DNA from: a virus
IMG/VR virus record: IMGVR_UViG_3300033402_000312
Direction: 5' to 3' (one strand)
DNA: 64,000 nucleotides
Position 1 is the stretch's first letter; the number at the start of each line of letters is the position of its first letter. The notes under the pieces are model-generated. The model had not been told where the DNA came from. It ran no database searches and worked only from the letters and a program-made list of their open reading frames with translations. This document shows positions 1 through 7,324 of this stretch, piece by piece. Made by a program: the position numbers and the translations under genes.

Positions 1-13
1 ATTAACGCCAGCA

Positions 14-421
14 TTGGCAGATAGTAGAAACTTATCAATGCTTGGGGTGGGGGCTGATAAATACTTGCGTACGCTTCCAAGCCTCAAAACCTACTATATT
101 ACGTGGGACATTGCGGCACAAATGACCAAATTGGTTGGTGTCGTTGATGGGGTAGTGGTTTTTCAAGCCGAGGGCATACCCTATGAATTCAGATCAAAGT
201 CTGGGGGAGAAGTATTGAACGAGGTGCTTTTTGTTCGGAAGATCATGTACGAGATTTTTAGGGACGTGGACACCACGAAAGAGACCTGTATTATGGTTCC
301 CCGCATGAACTCCGTTTTGATCGTAGGTGATGTAGGTGGAGAAAGTTTGAAAAGTAGCTTTGAGAGGTTAAAAGTACAGTATCCCATGCTGAGCCTGACA
401 GAAGGTCCCAGAACTGTTTGA
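14..421 (+). CDS. hypothetical protein
   Basis: 135-aa ORF in a lower-GC stretch next to an HNH endonuclease gene; no recognisable motif. Confidence 0.35.
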   Translation: MADSRNLSMLGVGADKYLRTLPSLKTYYITWDIAAQMTKLVGVVDGVVVFQAEGIPYEFRSKSGGEVLNEVLFVRKIMYEIFRDVDTTKETCIMVPRMNSVLIVGDVGGESLKSSFERLKVQYPMLSLTEGPRTV

Positions 422-481
422 AATTAGATGTATGTGCAAAACCAATAAAAAACTTGACTACGAAACCCATAAATAGATGAG

Positions 482-1306
482 GTGTTTATGGGTAAAGCGT
501 TAGAGTTATCGGGAAAGGTCTTTGGTAAGCTCCTTGTAATTGAGAGGGCTAAAACCCGTCTTGGGTCAAATTGGCAGTGGGTGTGCCGTTGCGAGTGCGG
601 AAAGGAAAAAACGATCTCGGGGTCAAACTTGGTTTCTAGCAACTCTACCAGTTGTGGCTGTTCTCACATTCAGCACGGCCATAGCAAACGGGGTGATGGA
701 GGCAAGAGTCCTGAGTATACTGTATGGCATGGGTTGATTGGAATATGTTACTGCCCCACTGATGAACAGTTCCATAACTATGGAGCTAAGGGAATAAAAG
801 TTTGCACTCGTTGGCGCAACTCGTTCCCTAATTTCCTACAGGATATGGGCGCAAAACCTCTGCACCACACGCTTAGTAGGAAAGACCCCGCAAAAGGGTT
901 TAATCCCGACAACTGCTTTTGGAAGGAAGGATGGTTCAGACCGTTTGAGTCGATGTACCATCGTGCCAAACGAGAGACAGAAGAACGGAAATCCCGTGGA
1001 CACAAATTTGAACTGACCTACAAGGAGTTTTTGGAGTTTACTTGTATAAGCGCCTGCCATTATTGTGGGTTTGATGTTGGTTGGAAAGACTGTGCTAAAG
1101 CCCCTTACAACTTGGATAGGAAAGACAATGAAGGAAATTATACCAAGGACAACTGCGTGGTCTGCTGCTTTGAATGCAACGCCACTAAAGGGTCGCGGTT
1201 CACTTACGAAGAAATGCTCATCATAGGGGCAGCGGTACGAGAAGTAAAACTGGCTAGGAAGGCGAAGTACCCCATGCTACAATTGGTCGAGGGAGTGCGT
1301 GCGTAG
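482..1306 (+). CDS. HNH homing endonuclease
   Basis: C-terminal HNH core CHYCGF...NLDRKDNEGNYTKDNCVVCCFECNATKG; N-terminal CxxC pairs; phage HNH-associated motif YGAKGIKVCTRWRNSF; AT-richer than flanks. Confidence 0.8.
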   Translation: MFMGKALELSGKVFGKLLVIERAKTRLGSNWQWVCRCECGKEKTISGSNLVSSNSTSCGCSHIQHGHSKRGDGGKSPEYTVWHGLIGICYCPTDEQFHNYGAKGIKVCTRWRNSFPNFLQDMGAKPLHHTLSRKDPAKGFNPDNCFWKEGWFRPFESMYHRAKRETEERKSRGHKFELTYKEFLEFTCISACHYCGFDVGWKDCAKAPYNLDRKDNEGNYTKDNCVVCCFECNATKGSRFTYEEMLIIGAAVREVKLARKAKYPMLQLVEGVRA

Positions 1307-1322
1307 GATATGCTGCTGGGGT

Positions 1323-1475
1323 ATGCGTCTCGGTTATATTGACAGGGAAACTGTGCCGTGCGACAAGCCTGCACGATGCCACATCGAATGGTCTGATGGT
1401 ACGGTCTCGTGGTGTTGCGCCGAACACTATGACCTTGTAATGGCGGAACTGGCGCGTTCTAGGGCGAACCGATGA
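1323..1475 (+). CDS. small Cys-rich protein (50 aa), paralog of next ORF
   Basis: ATG 1323, stop TGA 1473-1475 overlapping next ATG (ATGA); shares motif VPC[DG]KPA..I.W......CC/YC..HYD with ORF 1472..1669. Confidence 0.35.
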   Translation: MRLGYIDRETVPCDKPARCHIEWSDGTVSWCCAEHYDLVMAELARSRANR

Positions 1476-1669
1476 GGCACACTTGCCAGTGGCGGGTGGC
1501 GGACGAACAAACCGGACGGGAGGTGCCGTGCGGCAAGCCAGCCGTGGCGCACATCACGTGGCTTGGATCGAAGCCGTACACCTACTATTATTGTGCGCTC
1601 CATTACGACAAGCGCCTCAAGGAAATAGGCGGGCGCAAGGACGTGCTGGAAGCGAGCGGAGTGCGATGA
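1472..1669 (+). CDS. small Cys-rich protein (65 aa)
   Basis: ORF track; paralogous to 1323..1475; stop overlaps start of the flap nuclease (ATGA at 1666). Confidence 0.4.
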   Translation: MRHTCQWRVADEQTGREVPCGKPAVAHITWLGSKPYTYYYCALHYDKRLKEIGGRKDVLEASGVR

Positions 1670-2649
1670 AAAGAGTCTTCCTGCTTGACGTGATGTCGCA
1701 GGTGTACCGCGCCTACCACGCGGCTGCGCATCAGCCCATCCAGATGTCCACCAAGGCCGGTTTCCCCACGGGCGCGACCTACATCTTCGCCAGGATGCTC
1801 AAGCGGCTGTTCGAGGAGCACAAGCCCGAGTACATCATCGCCTGCATGGAGGGCGGCGGAACGACCAACCGCGAGAAGCTGTACCCCGAGTACAAGGCGA
1901 ACCGCAAGGGCGGAACACCGAGCGAGCTTCAGCGCCAGTTCCCGTACATCAACGGTTTGATCGACGCTTACGGCCTGAAGCGCATCGGCGTGGAAGGCTA
2001 CGAGGCGGACGACATCATCGGCACGTTGGCCCGGCAATTCTACGAGAGCGACCTAGAGAACCAGATTTTCATCGTGACAGGCGACAAGGACATGTTCCAG
2101 CTTGTCAACGACCGCACCTTTGTCGTGAACCCGATGAAGGGCATCTTCGCTGATTCCGCCAAGGTAGAGGCGATAGTGGGCGTGCCCCCGGAACGGGTCA
2201 CCGACGTGATGGCGCTGCGTGGCGACTCCGTGGACAATGTTCCAGGCGCTCCGGGCATCGGGGACAAAGGCTCCGTACAGATCATCAGGGAGTTCGGGTC
2301 GCTCATCGCCGCTCTTGACAGGGCCGGCGAAGTGAAGCGCAAGAGCTACCGCGAGTCGCTCCAGAACAATCGTGCGCAGATCGAGCTTAGCTACAAGCTG
2401 GTCACCATCGACCGTGACGCACTTTTTGGCGTAGGCGAGTTGGGCTTCTATGCATTCAGTAGCCCCGACGAGGAGGCGCTGAGGAAAATTTACGTCGAGC
2501 TTGAGTTTGCCTCCCTGCTGGGCAAGGAGTCGCTGGCAGCGGTTGAGGATTTTGCCGAGATCGTGCAGCCTGAGGCACCATCTGTGGTCGATACCCGGAC
2601 TACGATGACCGAGGAGCAGGCGGACAAGCTGATCGACAGCTTGTTCTAG
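1666..2649 (+). CDS. 5'-3' exonuclease / flap endonuclease (Pol I N-terminal-like)
   Basis: Internal ATG at 1666 of ORF 1483..2649 (MKRVFLLD...); motifs EADDIIG, VTGDKD, GDSVDNVPGAPGIGDKG typical of FEN/T5-D15 family. Confidence 0.85.
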   Translation: MKRVFLLDVMSQVYRAYHAAAHQPIQMSTKAGFPTGATYIFARMLKRLFEEHKPEYIIACMEGGGTTNREKLYPEYKANRKGGTPSELQRQFPYINGLIDAYGLKRIGVEGYEADDIIGTLARQFYESDLENQIFIVTGDKDMFQLVNDRTFVVNPMKGIFADSAKVEAIVGVPPERVTDVMALRGDSVDNVPGAPGIGDKGSVQIIREFGSLIAALDRAGEVKRKSYRESLQNNRAQIELSYKLVTIDRDALFGVGELGFYAFSSPDEEALRKIYVELEFASLLGKESLAAVEDFAEIVQPEAPSVVDTRTTMTEEQADKLIDSLF

Positions 2650-2658
2650 GAGGATTTC

Positions 2659-2970
2659 ATGGATTGCAACCGAAGCACTGGACGTACGACAAGGATGTTG
2701 CGAGAGGCTGTTCGTTTGGCCGAGGTCGAGAACAGAGCGGTGTACGTTATAGCGGGCAACAACGAGCAGGCGAGGAGTTTTGCAAATAGGGTCCCTAAAG
2801 GGTTAGGTATTCAGTTCGAGACCGTGCAAACGCTGCCCGAGTTCGATTGGGAAACCCTGAGCCTTCCCGGCGCACATCTGAATTGCGTAGTTTTGGTGGA
2901 CCACTACGCCATAGAATCTAAGTTCGGTCATATTCTTAAGGAACTTCATCGCTACGATGAAACCCGTTGA
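2659..2970 (+). CDS. hypothetical protein
   Basis: 103-aa ORF, RBS-like GGAGGA upstream. Confidence 0.45.
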   Translation: MDCNRSTGRTTRMLREAVRLAEVENRAVYVIAGNNEQARSFANRVPKGLGIQFETVQTLPEFDWETLSLPGAHLNCVVLVDHYAIESKFGHILKELHRYDETR

Positions 2971-3385
2971 CCCAAGCCCGACGCCGTGGGATTTCGGAAC
3001 GTGGGGATTCTACTGCGATGCCTGCGAGAGATTCTTCGATTTGGTCGAGGACGGAAAAGTGCTGACCCACGAGGGCAACACTTGCACCCGTTACCACAGT
3101 TGCGGGGCAGAAGCCCGATACATCGGGTATGACCATTCAAGGACTCTTCGACCCGACGAACCGTGCAGCCACCCCGGCTGCCTGTCGCATGTGAGCCATC
3201 CATGCGAGGGCTGCGGTCGCATCGCCGGGCGGTATAAATACGAACCCTGCACCGGCTGCGCCGACCCGCACACATGGAGTCCACCCGACGAGGAGGGCAT
3301 CAACAAGGGCTACCATCATCGGCTGAGGAGTTTTCACGCTCCGGTTTCTCGCTGGATAAAATGTCTGCATTTTGACGAAAAATAG
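2957..3385 (+). CDS. Cys/His-rich hypothetical protein
   Basis: 142-aa ORF with many CxxC/HxC pairs; overlaps previous stop. Confidence 0.45.
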   Translation: MKPVDPSPTPWDFGTWGFYCDACERFFDLVEDGKVLTHEGNTCTRYHSCGAEARYIGYDHSRTLRPDEPCSHPGCLSHVSHPCEGCGRIAGRYKYEPCTGCADPHTWSPPDEEGINKGYHHRLRSFHAPVSRWIKCLHFDEK

Positions 3386-3388
3386 TTC

Positions 3389-3417
3389 TTGACAGTTTTC
3401 TGGCTACGCAGTATCAT
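3389..3417 (+). promoter_or_regulatory. sigma70-type promoter P1 (TTGACA-17-TATCAT) upstream of tRNA array 1
   Basis: TTGACA 3389-3394, 17-nt spacer, TATCAT 3412-3417; extended -35 region CTTGACAGTTTTCTG shared with promoter at 11099. Confidence 0.7.
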
Positions 3418-3432
3418 CTTAGAGAGTCAACC

Positions 3433-3507
3433 ATGAATCGCCTTGCCCTATCCCTGACCTTGTATAGCCTGCTTAGCGGGCTGCACGGCGGTGCGTTCAT
3501 CGGGTAA
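3433..3507 (+). CDS. putative leader peptide (24 aa, MNRLALSLTLYSLLSGLHGGAFIG) of tRNA array 1
   Basis: ATG ~16 nt downstream of the -10 element; 7 Leu codons using CUU, CUA, CUG, UUG; one UAU (Tyr); UCC/AGC (Ser). Codons match anticodons of downstream tRNAs. Confidence 0.45.
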   Translation: MNRLALSLTLYSLLSGLHGGAFIG

Positions 3508-3535
3508 GACGAGATTCAAGCCCGGATTCGAACAA

Positions 3536-3566
3536 GCCGCCGAGGTCAGGCGGCTTTCGTGTTTTA
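3536..3566 (+). terminator. terminator-like hairpin (candidate attenuator) between leader ORF and tRNA-Tyr
   Basis: GCCGCC-GAGGTCA-GGCGGC followed by TTTCGTGTTTTAT; leader codons 18-21 (ACGGCGGTG) can alternatively pair with the 5' arm. Confidence 0.5.
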
Positions 3567-3578
3567 TGGGCAAAAATC

Positions 3579-3666
3579 GGGGTAGATGGCACAATGGCGT
3601 GCCAGCAGACTGTAAATCTGCCGTCCCTTGCGGACACGGTAGGTCCGATCCCTACCTACCCCACCA
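3579..3666 (+). tRNA. tRNA-Tyr(GTA), class II
   Basis: Acceptor GGGGTAG/CTACCCC+A+CCA; anticodon arm GCAGA-CTGTAAA-TCTGC; long variable arm; T arm GTAGG-TCCGATC-CCTAC. Confidence 0.75.
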
Positions 3667-3684
3667 AGCTTTGGAGCATCAAAC

Positions 3685-3912
3685 ATGCAAGTGGTTCAGA
3701 CGCACCTGGTGAGGAAGACGGAGCACGGAGAAGTCCACACGATATGCTGGCTCGACGTAAAGCCGAACGTGAAGGTTGGCTCCGTGGTGTCCTTGGAAGA
3801 CTCGCCCGGCGAGTGGTGGACTGTGCTGTCCCAAGGCTTCGTGCAGGATTCCTCGCTGATCAACCGGAAATGGGGCCTAGACCTGCCGAAGTCGCAGCGC
3901 CTCGAAAGGTAA
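3685..3912 (+). CDS. hypothetical protein
   Basis: 75-aa ORF with balanced composition directly after tRNA-Tyr; preferred over ORF 3594..4169, which overlaps the tRNA. Confidence 0.4.
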   Translation: MQVVQTHLVRKTEHGEVHTICWLDVKPNVKVGSVVSLEDSPGEWWTVLSQGFVQDSSLINRKWGLDLPKSQRLER

Positions 3913-4170
3913 TCGAATCCGGCAGGGTCACGGAGTGCAGGCACTGCGGCACGAGGCACCCCACGTGGGCGAACGGCACGATTTGTTTCATGGCTTTCTT
4001 CTACATTTGGGAGCGCGACCTGCTCCACATGGCGAAGCAGGACGCAGGATGGAGGTCGGTGGCGCACAAGTTGGGGTTCATGGACGCTAAGATCGATGCG
4101 CCGTGGGCTTTCCCAGATGAAGGACGCTATATAGCGTACAGGCGGATAAAAGACGGTGAGTTTTTGTAAC

Positions 4171-4259
4171 GCGAGCGTGGCGGAATCGGCAGACGCGCAA
4201 CGTTGAGAACGTTGTGGGGTTTTTATCCCGTAGGAGTTCGAGTCTCCTCGTTCGCACCA
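4171..4259 (+). tRNA. tRNA-Leu(GAG), class II
   Basis: Acceptor GCGAGCG/CGTTCGC+A+CCA; D arm TGGCGGAATCGGCAGACGC; anticodon loop TTGAGAA; long variable arm; T loop GGAGTTCGAGTCTCC. Confidence 0.8.
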
Positions 4260-4335
4260 GATTTAAGTTGGGGCGGTGTTTGGCACGGATGCTTTATACA
4301 AGAGTAAACCCCGTGCCGTTGATGTCCCCCACTTT

Positions 4336-4422
4336 GCGCGGGTGGTGGAATTGGCAGACACGCGGGCCTCAGAAGCCCGTGGGGTAAAACCCGTGGAGGT
4401 TCAAATCCTCTTCCGCGCACCA
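4336..4422 (+). tRNA. tRNA-Leu(CAG), class II
   Basis: GCGCGGG...CCGCGC+A+CCA; anticodon arm CGGGC-CTCAGAA-GCCCG; variable arm hairpin; T loop GAGGTTCAAATCCTC. Confidence 0.8.
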
Positions 4423-4457
4423 AGATTCGGGCGGCTTCTGGGTCGCTCCCAGAAGTA

Positions 4458-4548
4458 GGAGATGTGGCGGAATTGGCAGACGCAGCGCCCTTGAACGGCT
4501 CTGAGTCTATTAAGACGGCTCGTGCGGGTTCGACTCCCGCCGTCTCCG
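4458..4548 (+). tRNA. tRNA-Ser(TGA), class II, Leu-type D arm, G73, no encoded CCA
   Basis: Acceptor GGAGATG/CGTCTCC+G; D arm identical to Leu genes (TGGCGGAATTGGCAGACGC); anticodon loop CTTGAAC with one C-T mismatch in the stem; long variable arm; T arm GCGGG-TTCGACT-CCCGC. Confidence 0.6.
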
Positions 4549-4571
4549 TCGCCCGGACGTATTAAGGTGAC

Positions 4572-4940
4572 ATGGCCAAGTTCGAAGATCATTGCCGCGA
4601 CTGCGAGCGCATCCTTGGGGGCAGGCGCGAGGATGTGAACCGCTGGATGGACGAGCTTTTTCGCCAGCATGGCCCAAGGCACCGCAAGTTTCGGCATTGC
4701 TGGCACGGCGTGTGCGAGGCAAGGAAGATTTTCGGAGCGGAGGGCGCGAAAGCGGCAATCATCCACATCGTTCGGGATTGCGGCGCTGTGCCCGACCAGC
4801 GCGTCTACGACGAAACGCAGCTTGGCATCGTGCTCGCGCCGGAGCATGCGACAGGCAGCGCGGACAACGCGGCGTTCGAAAAGTTTAGGATTGCCGTGGA
4901 AGAGGACTTTAAGAAAGCGGTTACGAAGGGGTGTTTGTAA
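4572..4940 (+). CDS. hypothetical protein
   Basis: 122-aa ORF between tRNA genes; protein-like composition; RBS-like AAGGTG upstream. Confidence 0.55.
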   Translation: MAKFEDHCRDCERILGGRREDVNRWMDELFRQHGPRHRKFRHCWHGVCEARKIFGAEGAKAAIIHIVRDCGAVPDQRVYDETQLGIVLAPEHATGSADNAAFEKFRIAVEEDFKKAVTKGCL

Positions 4941-5060
4941 GTGATCTGGAGAAAGATCAACGAATTTTGTTTTCGTCGTTATGGGACGCACCAGCAAGAC
5001 TGCTGGCCCATATACGCCCGGATAGTTTATGCGGTACTGACCTATCTGGTGTAGCAAAAT

Positions 5061-5147
5061 GCGGCTATGGCGGAACTGGCAGACGCACTAGCTTGAGGTG
5101 CTAGCGGTAGCGATACCGTGGAGGTTCGAGTCCTCTTAGCCGCACCA
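5061..5147 (+). tRNA. tRNA-Leu(GAG) second copy, class II
   Basis: GCGGCTA...TAGCCGC+A+CCA; anticodon arm CTAGC-TTGAGGT-GCTAG; T loop GAGGTTCGAGTCCTC. Confidence 0.75.
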
Positions 5148-5155
5148 AATTTGGG

Positions 5156-5228
5156 GGAATAGCATTGTGGAATGCGCCCCGGTTCCAAACCGGGGAGAAG
5201 GCGGTCCGACTCCGCTTCTATTTCGGCA
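5156..5228 (+). tRNA. tRNA-Trp(CCA)-like candidate, possibly degenerate
   Basis: Clean anticodon stem-loop CCCGG-TTCCAAA-CCGGG resembling E. coli tRNA-Trp; T arm GGCGG-TCCGACT-CCGCT; acceptor pairing imperfect. Confidence 0.3.
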
Positions 5229-5430
5229 GTTGCGTTGTTCCCGAGCTTGGCGTCCAAAAGCTGTCATGGAAAGACAGCCTGCCCGGCTTCGCGGTGAGCA
5301 GAGGGCGATACTTCCCCCACAAGTGAGGAAGCTCCGGCATGTTGCTGGTTCGACTCCAGCGCTGTAGCGAAGGGCAAGCCGTGTAGACGGCGCGATTCGC
5401 GGTCGAGACATGCCGACTTCCGCTAGATTT

Positions 5431-5515
5431 GCGACCGTGGCGGAACTGGCAGACGCGCATGGCTTAGAACCATGTGGAGCAGTCCGTGGGGGTTCGACTC
5501 CCTCCGGTCGCACCA
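5431..5515 (+). tRNA. tRNA-Leu(TAG), class II
   Basis: GCGACCG...CGGTCGC+A+CCA; anticodon arm CATGG-CTTAGAA-CCATG; T loop GGGGGTTCGACTCCCTC. Confidence 0.8.
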
Positions 5516-5520
5516 AGATT

Positions 5521-5606
5521 GCCGGGCTGGCGGAATTGGCAGACGCACTCGCCTCAAAAGCGAGCGGTTAACAGCCATGAGGGTTCGACTCCCTCGCCCG
5601 GTACCA
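5521..5606 (+). tRNA. tRNA-Leu(CAA), class II
   Basis: GCCGGGC...GCCCGGT+A+CCA; anticodon arm CTCGC-CTCAAAA-GCGAG; T loop GAGGGTTCGACTCCCTC. Confidence 0.8.
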
Positions 5607-5659
5607 AAATTAAAAGTTGGCATCATCTTTTTGTGGTAGTATTCGGGTAGGAGACTGCC

Positions 5660-5983
5660 ATGAAACCCACGAAAGTTTTAGCTTCAATCCTTCTGATCCT
5701 CTTCCTTGCTGCGCTGGCGGCGGCAGCCCAGAACTATACGGCGTTCTCGGTTGTGGGCGTGCAGCAGACCGCGCCCAATGTCTACACGGCGACGGTCAAT
5801 ACTGTTGTCAAGAACCCGACGAACACGATCCCCCCGGACGGCACCGTGCTGACCATCGCCACAGCGAACTGCACCCACGTGCCCGGCAGGAGCGGCGAGA
5901 ACGCCATCGTGTCGAACGGGCCGCTGGGGCGTGCTCTGTTGTTCGCGAACGGGCCGTCCTGCGCGATCACGGGCATAAAGTAA
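5660..5983 (+). CDS. secreted protein (signal peptide)
   Basis: RBS AGGAG 9 nt upstream; N-terminal MKPTKVLASILLILFLAALAAAAQ signal peptide; Thr/Asn/Val-rich mature part. Confidence 0.65.
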   Translation: MKPTKVLASILLILFLAALAAAAQNYTAFSVVGVQQTAPNVYTATVNTVVKNPTNTIPPDGTVLTIATANCTHVPGRSGENAIVSNGPLGRALLFANGPSCAITGIK

Positions 5984-6267
5984 GCTTGTAAACCCCCCTG
6001 TTTCAAGGTCTTACGGCTGGACGAAACTGCATCCCTGCCTGTATACTGTTGGTATGAGGACACCACAAAGACGAACCGTTGCGGGTGGAATTCCTCCGTC
6101 ACGGTGAGGGTCGTTGTCGAAGTCGGCAGCATGCCCGGCGACTTTTATAAGCCGGGGAGCGTGCGGACAGTCAACGCCTGTAACCTGTACAAGCGCCGTG
6201 CCAGCCCCGAGCGGAAATTCGCTCGAAAATAGTCCATCGTCGGGCACGGAAAGGGCATCAAATAGGT

Positions 6268-6606
6268 ATGGAAAAGCATCTCTACGAAATCCTTGTCCCC
6301 ACCGTGCGGAACGACGGCAGACCGATACACACGAGATTCCACAGGATTTGGGACAGGAAGGTCGAGGCGATCAGCAACGGGTTGACCATCCTCACGCCCG
6401 GCAAGGGCACGTGGGTCCACGAAGGCACGTCCATTCGCGAGCGCATGATCCCCGTGCGGATCATGTGCACGCGGGAGCAGATCGACCAGATCATCGACCT
6501 GACGCTTGAGTATTATTACGACCAACTCGCAGTCATGGCTTACAGGGTGAGCGACGAGATAATCCTGAAGCACCGGGCGGCGGCGAAAGGCGGGAAGAAT
6601 GTCTAG
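6268..6606 (+). CDS. hypothetical protein
   Basis: 112-aa ORF, protein-like composition. Confidence 0.55.
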   Translation: MEKHLYEILVPTVRNDGRPIHTRFHRIWDRKVEAISNGLTILTPGKGTWVHEGTSIRERMIPVRIMCTREQIDQIIDLTLEYYYDQLAVMAYRVSDEIILKHRAAAKGGKNV

Positions 6607-6713
6607 GCGGGGGGAGGGTCTCGGCATCTTCGGGGCGCTTGCAGTCGTGCTCATCCTCTTGGGCTTGATCGCGCTGCTTGCGAACTGCCTCGGCATTTTG
6701 CCCAGCCACTGAT

Positions 6714-6920
6714 ATGTCCAAATCTCCGAAGGCTAAACAACCTGAGTACAATCATTGGGACGAATTTGTGAAGTTCGTCAAGGCGCAAGCCATCCTGTCC
6801 AAAGAATTCCGGGAACAACTCATCCTCAAAATGGGCGGGGGGATGCAAGACGCCCATGAGCGCGGTATCCTAGAGGGAAAGCGTCGGGCTAAATTGGAAC
6901 TCGAAAGAAAAACCAAATGA
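6714..6920 (+). CDS. hypothetical small protein
   Basis: Internal ATG 6714 of ORF 6678..6920; stop overlaps next start (ATGA). Confidence 0.35.
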   Translation: MSKSPKAKQPEYNHWDEFVKFVKAQAILSKEFREQLILKMGGGMQDAHERGILEGKRRAKLELERKTK

Positions 6921-7264
6921 GAATCTTGATCGCTGATGACGAAAACAGTTTGCGCGAATTGCTTGCAGATTTTTTGATCGCTAAGGGTCATGAGGTCGTC
7001 TCCGCGAAAGACGGAGCGGAGGCACTCCGCATTTTCCTCAACGACGAGGGCGAATTCGACTATGTCATAACCGACTATCAGATGCCGCGCAAGAACGGCG
7101 TCGTGCTCATCATGGACATCCGCAAAGCAGTTCCGGGCCAGAAGTGCATCCTCGTCACCGGCGATCCGCCGCAACTCTCTAAGGCCGTCCGCGAGGACGC
7201 GGGCGAATTTCCCGTCTTGCGTAAGCCTTACGACCGCACGGAACTCTTAGGACTGCTCAAATAA
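6917..7264 (+). CDS. stand-alone response-regulator receiver (CheY-like REC) domain protein
   Basis: REC hallmarks: ADDE acidic pair, phospho-acceptor Asp in VITDYQMP, Thr in ILVTG, Lys in LRKPY; no output domain. Confidence 0.8.
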   Translation: MRILIADDENSLRELLADFLIAKGHEVVSAKDGAEALRIFLNDEGEFDYVITDYQMPRKNGVVLIMDIRKAVPGQKCILVTGDPPQLSKAVREDAGEFPVLRKPYDRTELLGLLK

Positions 7265-7324
7265 CCCTCTTCAGTTCCCTAGCTAAACGGCCGTAATTCC
7301 AAAATCCACCCCCTCGGGGTATTA

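Noticed and set aside
3594-4169. 191-aa ORF starting inside tRNA-Tyr
   Set aside because: N-terminal 100 aa are Arg/Ala-rich GC-frame junk and overlap a tRNA; only the C-terminal part looks coding (noted separately).
5136-5626. Several 60-126-aa ORFs on both strands across the tRNA array
   Set aside because: They overlap tRNA genes and are compositionally biased; treated as non-coding.
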